From Blastocatellia bacterium (GTDB lineage: Bacteria; Acidobacteriota; Blastocatellia; RBC074), in contig JBBQVH010000022.1 of the NCBI GenBank assembly GCA_038211695.1, positions 1,602 to 65,601 of the forward strand: a stretch of DNA of 64,000 bases, in the 5' to 3' direction. Position 1 is the stretch's first letter; every line of letters starts with the position of its first letter. Position numbers and translations under genes: made by a program. The notes under the pieces are model-generated. The model was not told the origin of the DNA. It worked only from the letters and a program-made list of their open reading frames with translations, and ran no database searches. This document shows, piece by piece, positions 49,561 through 56,473 of the stretch.

Positions 49561-50634
49561 ATGCCTGCCGTTACGCTGGCGATTTGTGGCAATCAACTTT
49601 CCATTTCGGCGCGTGCGCCTCGCCTGATTCGCCTCTTCGCCGACTACTTTCGCTACTACAATCCCCAGATCATTTCCTCCACTGACACGCCGAATCCTTT
49701 GGCGGACAATCCACCTGCGCTCCAAATCGAACTGAAGATGCGCGATGCGTTACCGCCGCGCGAACGATTGATCCCGCCGTCGGCAGAACTCTTTTCGCAA
49801 ACGGGTATTGTCAGCTTGTGGCGGGAGACAGGGCGAAAAGAATCCGCAATCCGCAATCCGCAATCCGCAATTGCAGAAGTTGAGGGGAGGTTTTTCTTTC
49901 ACCTCGGGGTAGCGGCGTTTCGTGTGGATGTTGAAACTGGCCGCGCCATTGGCCTGGTCACGCCGCAGGCCATGGAATACCCGCACATTCTGGCCAATAC
50001 CTACACGCTGTTTGCGCTGTTGTTGATGCTGCGCACGCGGCGGCTCTATCACCTTCACGCGGCAGCCATCGTTTCGCCGGATGACAAGCTGTGGCTGATC
50101 TGTGGCGCGCAGCGGGCAGGGAAGACGACCTTAACGACAGCGTTGGGATTGGCGGGCTGGCGACCCATTTCGGATGATTCGCTATTGATCGGCAGAGATG
50201 AAGAATCCGCCTGGCTGACGCCGTTCAAAAAGTATTTTCACATCGGCGATGAACTGCTGCGTCGCTGGCCTCAGTTAGAAGGCATCCAGCGTCATCACCA
50301 ATATCTTGACCGCACCTGCACGGGCGGGCTGGAGTTTTTTGGCACGCGCGAATTGGCCGAAACGAAATTCCGCCGCATTGATCACATTGTCCTGCCGCAG
50401 ATCGTCAATGAACAAGTGAGTCGTGTGGAACCTTTGGCGCGCAGTGAAGCCATGCTGCGATTGGCCGAACAGAGCATGTTCTTTCAGCTTTGGCGCGACC
50501 ACACCGCCCGGCAATGGCAGTGGCTGAATGAATTGGCAGCAAACGCTAAGTGTCATCGTTTATTTTCAGGGGCTGACGCCTTGGCGGACCCGCACACCGC
50601 CGCGCGAATTCTGGACAGGCAGAGTGGAGATTGA
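49561..50634 (+). CDS. HPr-kinase-like (HprK-related) P-loop protein
   Basis: LHAAAIVSPDDKLWLICGAQRAGKTTLTTALGLAGWRPISDDS matches the HprK C-terminal pattern H-x..G-x-x-G-x-GK[ST]...DD. Start set at ATG 49561, because the track start at 49486 lies inside the heptamer tract. Confidence 0.7.
   Translation: MPAVTLAICGNQLSISARAPRLIRLFADYFRYYNPQIISSTDTPNPLADNPPALQIELKMRDALPPRERLIPPSAELFSQTGIVSLWRETGRKESAIRNPQSAIAEVEGRFFFHLGVAAFRVDVETGRAIGLVTPQAMEYPHILANTYTLFALLLMLRTRRLYHLHAAAIVSPDDKLWLICGAQRAGKTTLTTALGLAGWRPISDDSLLIGRDEESAWLTPFKKYFHIGDELLRRWPQLEGIQRHHQYLDRTCTGGLEFFGTRELAETKFRRIDHIVLPQIVNEQVSRVEPLARSEAMLRLAEQSMFFQLWRDHTARQWQWLNELAANAKCHRLFSGADALADPHTAARILDRQSGD
49840..49871. repeat. (AATCCGC)n heptamer tract, right arm of the inverted repeat, in-frame inside the HprK-like gene
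   Basis: GAATCCGCAATCCGCAATCCGCAATCCGCAAT is the exact reverse complement of 49485-49516. It encodes ...ESAIRNPQSAI... Confidence 0.9.
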
Positions 50635-50681
50635 GAGCTGTCCTGACAATCATTCTGTCTCCTTCCTAATCGCCGAATTGC

Positions 50682-50710
50682 TTGACACCCTTCAAGCGCA
50701 CTCACAGAAT
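50682..50710 (+). promoter_or_regulatory. Candidate sigma-70-type promoter of the ECF-sigma/kinase operon
   Basis: TTGACA, 17 nt, CAGAAT, about 70 nt upstream of ATG 50782. Confidence 0.4.
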
Positions 50711-50781
50711 CACGGCTCAAATTTTTCCATCCCCACTTTTGCTCGCAATTTAAGAAGGCAGTCTTTGCCGAAACCACCAGT

Positions 50782-51348
50782 ATGCCGACATCACCGAACA
50801 AGGACGTAACACAACTGCTGGCTGATTGGAGAAAAGGCGATCAGGTGGCATTGGATCAACTGGTTCCGCTCATCTACCAGGAGCTTCATAAAATCGCGGG
50901 CGGTTATCTCAGCCGCGAACGATCCGGCCACACGATCCAGCCAACGGCGCTGATTCACGAAGCCTATCTGCGGCTGGCGGCGCAGCAGATGCCCGAATGG
51001 CAGAACCGCAAACATTTCTTCGGCGTGGCTGCACAATTGATGCGGCAGATTCTGGTTGAACACGCGCGCGCCCACGCGAGCGCCAAACGCGGTGCGGGCG
51101 AACAGAACCTGCCGCTGGATGAAGCGCTGGCCTATTCCACAGAGCGTCCCGGTGATCTGGTTGCGCTCGACGACGCGCTCAATAGCCTTGCGGCCTTCGA
51201 CGAGCGTAAAAGCCGGATGGTCGAGTTGCGCTTTTTCGGCGGCTTGTCGCTGGAAGAGACCGCCGAAGTGATGGGCGTTTCCATTCCCACCGTCGTGCGC
51301 GAAATGCGGCTGGCGCAAGCCTGGCTGCACAGAGAAATGGCCAAATGA
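50782..51348 (+). CDS. ECF-type RNA polymerase sigma factor (kinase-associated subgroup)
   Basis: LLADWRKGDQVALDQLVPLIYQELHKIAGGYL...ALIHEAYLRL (region 2) and LSLEETAEVMGVSIPTVVREMRLA (region 4 HTH). ATGA overlap with the kinase gene. Confidence 0.9.
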   Translation: MPTSPNKDVTQLLADWRKGDQVALDQLVPLIYQELHKIAGGYLSRERSGHTIQPTALIHEAYLRLAAQQMPEWQNRKHFFGVAAQLMRQILVEHARAHASAKRGAGEQNLPLDEALAYSTERPGDLVALDDALNSLAAFDERKSRMVELRFFGGLSLEETAEVMGVSIPTVVREMRLAQAWLHREMAK

Positions 51349-54300
51349 CCCCAGCTAACATGACCCCTGAACGCTGGCAAAAAGTTGAAGAGGTTTTTGA
51401 AACGGCGATCGAGCTTCCGGCCGAAGAGCGCGAAGCCTTTCTGACGCAAGTCTGCGGCGAAGACGACGACTTGCGCACCGAGATCGCTTCGCTGCTGGAG
51501 AACGAAGCCGAAGAGACGTTCTTTCAGTCGGCGGTTAAAGATGGCGCGCAAACCTTCGCCCACGCCGCCGTCGAAGAGATCATCGGCCAGCGCATCGGCG
51601 CTTACCGCATCACCGGTCTGGTTGGGCAGGGCGGGATGGGCGCTGTTTATCGGGCCGTCCGCGACGACGATCAGTTCAATCAACAAGTCGCCATCAAGAT
51701 CATCAAGCGCGGAATGGACACGGGGCTGGTGCTGCGCCGTTTCTGGCGCGAGCGGCAAATCCTGGCCAGCCTGAACCACCAGAACATTGCGCGATTGCTG
51801 GATGGCGGGACGACTCCGGACGGGCGGCCTTACTTTGCCATGGAGTTCATCGAAGGCCAGCCGATCAGCGATTACTGCGAAGCCCGCGAGCTTTCAATTC
51901 CCGACCGATTGAAACTCTTTCGTCAGGTGTGCGCCGCCGTTCAATTCGCTCATCAAAATCTGATCGTCCACCGCGACATCAAACCGGCCAATATTCTGGT
52001 CACTGAAGACGGCACGCCGAAGCTGCTGGATTTTGGCATCGCCAAACTGCTGGCGTCCGACACGGGCCAGGCTTCGACGCGTACCGTCACCGGAATGCGC
52101 CTGATGACGCCCGATTACGCCAGCCCCGAACAGGTGCGCGGCGGAACGATTACGACGGCTTCGGATATTTACAGTCTGGGCACTGTGCTTTACGAACTGT
52201 TGACCGGCCAGCATGCGCATCAATTCAAAACCTACTCGCCTGTCGAAATCGAAGAAACCGTTTGTCTGACGGAAGCCGAAAAGCCCAGCGAAGCTGCGGC
52301 GCGCGCTGAAGGCGGGCACTCGCGCTGGCGCAAGCAATTGGCCGGTGACGTGGACAACATCGTGCTGATGGCCTTGCGCAAGGAACCTGAGCGCCGCTAC
52401 CAATCGGTTGAACAATTTTCCGAAGACATTCGCCGCCACCTGGAAGGTTTGCCGGTCATCGCGCGCAAAGACACGGTCGGTTACCGCACGGGCAAATTCG
52501 CGCGGCGGAACAAACTGGGGATTGCGGCGGTGGCGCTGGTCATGCTGAGCCTGATCGCGGGCCTGATTGCCACGCTGCATCAGACGCGCATTGCCCGCGC
52601 CGAAAGCGCCCGTGCGGAAGGCGAGCGTGCCCGCGCCGAAGCCAATCTGGTAGAAGCCAGAGCGCAAAAAACAGAAGCCGAATCGCAGCGAGCCGAAGCC
52701 CTGCGGCAACGCAGCGAAGCCGATGTTCAGCGCGCATTGGCTGAAGAGCAGCGCGCCGAAGCCCAGGCCCAAACCGTCGAAGCCATGCGCCAACGCGCCC
52801 TGGCCGAAGCCGAGCGCGCCAAAGCCGAAAACCGATTCGGCCAGGTTCGCAAACTGGCCAACACTTTCCTTTTCGATTTCCACGACAAGATTCGCGATCT
52901 GCCCGGTTCGACTCCGGCGCGCGAACTGGTGGTCAAGACCGCGCTCGAATACCTGGACGGTCTGGCACGGGAATCGGCGGGCGACACGGCCCTGCAGTGG
53001 GAACTGGCGACAGCTTATGAAAAAGTCGCCGATGTGCAGGGCAATCCGAATCAGGCCAATCTGGGCCAGACGGCGGCGGCGCTGGAAAGCTATCGCAAGA
53101 CAACGGAGATTGCGGAAAAATTGTTGGCGCGCGATCCGGCCAACGAAAAATTCCTGCGCATGCTGGCTTCGGTTTACAGCAAAGTCGGCCCGATCGAATT
53201 GCGTGGCGGCAAGACCGCGCTGGCCAGACAGACGGCGCAGAAAGGCATCGGCATCGCCGAGCGATTGTTGGCGGTCAGGCCCGCGGACGACGAAGTTTTT
53301 GCGCTGATCATCGTGGGGTACGCCAACATTGGCGCAACGGATCAATTGACCGGCGACATTCCGGGCGCGATGCAAACCGCCCGCCAACGTCTGGCCATCG
53401 CCAACCGCTGGATGGCTGAACGTCCCGGCCCGCGCGCGCGCGCCAGCCTGGCAACCAGCCAGGGCGAGATTGCGGATATTTCGAACCATATGGGAGATTT
53501 GCCCGCCGCATTGGAGCTTTTTCGCCAGGCGCTTGCCTTCTATCTGGTAGCCGTCGAAGAGCAGCCCAATAATGCCCAGGTGCGACGGCAATTGGTTGCG
53601 ATTTATGGAAGGTTGGCCAGTGTGCTGGGCGATCCCAGGGGCATCAATCTGGGAGACACAGCGGCGGCGATCGAACACCAGCGCAAAGCATTGGCGATTG
53701 CGGAGGAGTTGGCGGCGGCGGATCCGAAGAACGTGCGCGCGCGCAACGAGCTGAATTTTCAATACCGCGATCTTGGTTTGCTGCTCGGCGAAACCAATCC
53801 GGCAGAAGCGATAAAGCTTTTTGATCAGGCATTCACCGTCATGAAAGCCACGGCTCCGGCGGGCAGGCCGGTCTCGCGCGAATACGAAGCGATGTACCAC
53901 GCGGAGGTCGCCCAACCCTGGCTCAAGATGGGAAACCGTGCTGCCGCCCGCCAGCACGCCGACCAGGCGGGCGAACTCCTGCGGGCGATTCCTATTCAAA
54001 ACCGCATGTTCACCACTGAGATTGCCGACAAACTCCATCTGGCAATCGGCGATGTGTTATTGGAGACCGGCGATGTGGCGGGGGCGTTGGAAAATTATCG
54101 CCAGGCCCTGTCCTTTGCCGAAGGCGACGTGGCAGCCAGTCCCTTCGATATGGAAAAACGATACGGCCTTGCCTTCTGCCACGAAAAGCTTGGCAAGTAT
54201 CACGTCACGCTGGCCGCGCAAGCCGGTCTGGCCGCCGGTCAACAGACCGAACATTGGCGCGAAGCGCGCGCCCACCATCAGAAAGCCACGCAGGTCTGGA

Positions 54301-54413
54301 ACGAATGGAGCCGATGGGGCAAATCGAGCGCCTTCGATGTCAAAAGAAAAGAACAGACCGCGCGTGCCCTGGCCGAATGCGACGCCGCGCTGGCAAAGCT
54401 GGGAGCGCGATGA
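51345..54413 (+). CDS. Membrane Ser/Thr protein kinase with coiled-coil and TPR-rich extracytoplasmic region
   Basis: GQGGMGAVYRA, VAIKII, HRDIKPANIL, DFGIAK, SPEQ. One TM helix (IAAVALVMLSLIAGLIATL), an RAEA-rich coiled coil, then TPR-like repeats. Confidence 0.9.
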   Translation: MTPANMTPERWQKVEEVFETAIELPAEEREAFLTQVCGEDDDLRTEIASLLENEAEETFFQSAVKDGAQTFAHAAVEEIIGQRIGAYRITGLVGQGGMGAVYRAVRDDDQFNQQVAIKIIKRGMDTGLVLRRFWRERQILASLNHQNIARLLDGGTTPDGRPYFAMEFIEGQPISDYCEARELSIPDRLKLFRQVCAAVQFAHQNLIVHRDIKPANILVTEDGTPKLLDFGIAKLLASDTGQASTRTVTGMRLMTPDYASPEQVRGGTITTASDIYSLGTVLYELLTGQHAHQFKTYSPVEIEETVCLTEAEKPSEAAARAEGGHSRWRKQLAGDVDNIVLMALRKEPERRYQSVEQFSEDIRRHLEGLPVIARKDTVGYRTGKFARRNKLGIAAVALVMLSLIAGLIATLHQTRIARAESARAEGERARAEANLVEARAQKTEAESQRAEALRQRSEADVQRALAEEQRAEAQAQTVEAMRQRALAEAERAKAENRFGQVRKLANTFLFDFHDKIRDLPGSTPARELVVKTALEYLDGLARESAGDTALQWELATAYEKVADVQGNPNQANLGQTAAALESYRKTTEIAEKLLARDPANEKFLRMLASVYSKVGPIELRGGKTALARQTAQKGIGIAERLLAVRPADDEVFALIIVGYANIGATDQLTGDIPGAMQTARQRLAIANRWMAERPGPRARASLATSQGEIADISNHMGDLPAALELFRQALAFYLVAVEEQPNNAQVRRQLVAIYGRLASVLGDPRGINLGDTAAAIEHQRKALAIAEELAAADPKNVRARNELNFQYRDLGLLLGETNPAEAIKLFDQAFTVMKATAPAGRPVSREYEAMYHAEVAQPWLKMGNRAAARQHADQAGELLRAIPIQNRMFTTEIADKLHLAIGDVLLETGDVAGALENYRQALSFAEGDVAASPFDMEKRYGLAFCHEKLGKYHVTLAAQAGLAAGQQTEHWREARAHHQKATQVWNEWSRWGKSSAFDVKRKEQTARALAECDAALAKLGAR

Positions 54414-54483
54414 TTTTCCGCTCCCGCCCATGATTCCTGCCTTCGGCGGCCCCTGAAAAATATCGTAACAGCTCAGCCTTATT

Positions 54484-54668
54484 CGTCCTGTAGGGACGTT
54501 TGAATGTAGGCAGGTCGTTTACGGCCTGCTAATGAAGCGAAGGTATTCCCGTCCCATCGGGACGGTTGACACGGGAAGGCATTCAACCGTCCCGATAGGA
54601 CGGCGGTTTCTACGCTCTACTCGCAGGCCGTAAACGACCTGCCTAAGTTCAGGCCGTCCCGCTGGGAC
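54484..54668. repeat. Composite ~185-nt palindrome: two inverted ~90-nt REP-like units, each with CGTCC(C)-N3-4-GGGACG mini-hairpins and a 23-nt perfect arm
   Basis: 23-nt arms TAGGCAGGTCGTTTACGGCCTGC (54507-54529) / GCAGGCCGTAAACGACCTGCCTA (54623-54645). Mini-hairpins near 54484, 54549, 54587 and 54654. Confidence 0.8.
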
Positions 54669-54834
54669 GAAAAGTGGGTAATTACAAAAAATAAAAAAAT
54701 CTTCTGAGCCGTGATCAATTCGCCTCTTCTTTTTCGCCTGTCAGGTTGAAGGCGATGATGGCTGGCAGCGCAAGAGCGCAACGCGCGGCATTCATCGCCA
54801 ATCACAACGGCAACGAACGAGAAAAGGAAACACA

Positions 54835-55338
54835 ATGAAAATCAAAACAAACGTTAAAGCAGGCTTTCTGACTGGGAACCACAACCAGACGGTGTCGCGC
54901 GGCCTGAAGGTCAAGACCAGCGTCAAGGCCGGATTCAATCCCCAGCCCGACCCGCCGGGCCGCAGCAACCACAACCAGACAGTGTCGCGCGGCCTGAAGG
55001 TCAAGACCAGCGTCAAGGCCGGATTCAATCCCCAGCCCGACCCGCCGGGCCGCAGCAACCACAACCAGACGGTGTCGCGCGGCTTGAAGGTCAAGAGCAG
55101 CGTCAAAGCGGGCTTTCTCTGTGACAACCACAACCAGACGGTGTCGCGCGGCCTGAAGGTCAAGAGCAGCGTCAAGGCGGGATTCAACCCCCAGCCCGAC
55201 CCGCCGGGCCGCAGCAATCATAACCAGACGGTGTCGCGCGGTCTGAAGGTCAAGAGCAGCGTCAAGGCCGGATTCAATCCCCAGCCCGACCCGCCGGGCC
55301 GCAGCAACCACAACCAGACAGTGGCGCGCAGCTTGTAA
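54835..55338 (+). CDS. Cassette-repeat peptide/protein A (6 cassettes; KVKxSVKAGF - variable - NHNQTVSRG)
   Basis: 167-aa ORF. The in-frame 69/90-nt periodicity is conserved at protein level with genes B and C. No signal peptide. Cores are [15 protein letters not shown] (x4) and FLCD. Confidence 0.8.
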   Translation: MKIKTNVKAGFLTGNHNQTVSRGLKVKTSVKAGFNPQPDPPGRSNHNQTVSRGLKVKTSVKAGFNPQPDPPGRSNHNQTVSRGLKVKSSVKAGFLCDNHNQTVSRGLKVKSSVKAGFNPQPDPPGRSNHNQTVSRGLKVKSSVKAGFNPQPDPPGRSNHNQTVARSL

Positions 55339-55540
55339 GGTCAAGACCTTCGTCAAGGCCGGGCTTATTGATCTGACTGACAGGTGGCAAAGATTGGCTC
55401 GGCGGACGAGAATGAAAAGAGGCATTAGCCCGTTCGCGTTCGCCGCGTCAGTGGTAGCCGTCTTGTCGGCCACGGTCTGGGCGGGGCCTCAATCGCCGGA
55501 CGCAAACATCACCAAAAGATCACCAAAACATCATGCCTGA
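55337..55540 (+). pseudogene. +1-frame continuation of gene A: orphaned terminal cassette ([13 protein letters not shown]...) followed by a signal-peptide-like 42-codon sORF
   Basis: Gene A ends AGC TTG TAA G where gene B has AGC CTG AAG G. Skipping T55336 restores [15 protein letters not shown]... An ATG at 55412 then gives MKRGISPFAFAASVVAVLSATVWA-GPQSP..., with stop at 55538-55540. Confidence 0.35.
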
Positions 55541-55686
55541 CGCTGGCCCAGTGCCTATACTCCGCATCGTTGACGGCGGCCTCAAACGAGGCAATCGCCG
55601 TGGCAATTGAAAAAATGATCGTCCGGCTGGCTGTGCGGAAAGCCATCAGCCAGCCGGATGCCAACAACGAGAGAGATTAATACGTC

Positions 55687-56274
55687 ATGAAAACCACGAA
55701 TAAGCAGCAAGTTTTGAAGGTCAAGACCAACGTTAAGGCTGGCGGCTTCCAACTCAACCACAACCAGACAGCGGCGCGCGGCCTGAAGGTCAAGAGCAGC
55801 GTCAAGGCTGGCGGTCTCACCAGTGCTAACCACAATCAGACGATGGCATGTGGCCTGAAGGTCAAGAGCAACGTCAAAGCTGGCGGTCTCGCATCCAACC
55901 ACAACCAGACGGTGGCGTGTGGCCTGAAGGTCAAGAGCAACGTCAAGGCGGGCAGTCTCACCAGCAACCACAACCAGACGGTGGCGCGTGGTCTGAAGGT
56001 TAAGAGCAACGTCAAAGCCGGCAGTCTTACCTCGAACCACAACCAGACGGTGGCGTGTGGCCTGAAGGTTAAGAGCAGCGTCAAGGCTGGCGGCATCATC
56101 GTTAACGACCGAAATCACAACCAGACGGTGGCGCGTGGCCTGAAGGTCAAAAGCAAGCTGAAGGCGGGCGAATATCCGCCCGACCCGTGTCGCACCCGCA
56201 ACCACAACCAGACGGTGGCGCGCAGCCTGAAGGTCAAGACCAACGTCAAGGCAGGGCTGATCGGGCTGTTGTAA
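55687..56274 (+). CDS. Cassette-repeat peptide/protein B (7 NHNQT cassettes + terminal [14 protein letters not shown])
   Basis: 195-aa ORF. Cores are GFQL, GLTSA, GLAS, SLTS (x2), GIIVNDR and [10 protein letters not shown]. The linker residue toggles between Arg and Cys. Confidence 0.8.
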   Translation: MKTTNKQQVLKVKTNVKAGGFQLNHNQTAARGLKVKSSVKAGGLTSANHNQTMACGLKVKSNVKAGGLASNHNQTVACGLKVKSNVKAGSLTSNHNQTVARGLKVKSNVKAGSLTSNHNQTVACGLKVKSSVKAGGIIVNDRNHNQTVARGLKVKSKLKAGEYPPDPCRTRNHNQTVARSLKVKTNVKAGLIGLL

Positions 56275-56473
56275 TCACGGCTGACCGGACTGAAAGATTT
56301 TTTTGATCGAGATGATAGTTTTGACCGATCTTTTCCGCCTTATCAGGTGAGCGCCGAATGAGGCGCTTAACGAAATGGCAGCGAAGCGGTTTTTCACCAT
56401 TCCCTACAAGGCAGGGGCGGCGGTACTTCGCACGCCGTCCCCAACCGACGATCAAATCGTTATAGGAGAAATC

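Noticed and set aside
49037-50634. Lasso-peptide cluster, considered because of the PqqD + HprK-like kinase pair.
   Set aside because: There is no transglutaminase-like leader protease and no lasso cyclase nearby. The AsnB homologues in the window are more than 24 kb away inside the sugar operon. They retain the glutaminase Cys2, so they are ordinary amidotransferases.
51894-54038. 714-aa antisense ORF inside the Ser/Thr kinase gene. Similar long antisense ORFs occur at 6125-6973, 16364-17413, 19558-20568, 24271-25218 and 62180-63016.
   Set aside because: These are typical stop-codon-poor antisense frames of GC-rich genes. Their composition is Arg/Gly/Ala-rich and low-complexity, they carry no motifs, and the opposite strand encodes clearly recognisable enzymes.
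54763-54778. Sigma-54-like -24/-12 element (TGGCA-N8-GC) upstream of cassette gene A.
   Set aside because: Only the GG/GC core dinucleotides and their spacing match, and the -12 TTGC is absent. No enhancer-binding protein gene is in the window, so the match is too weak to call.
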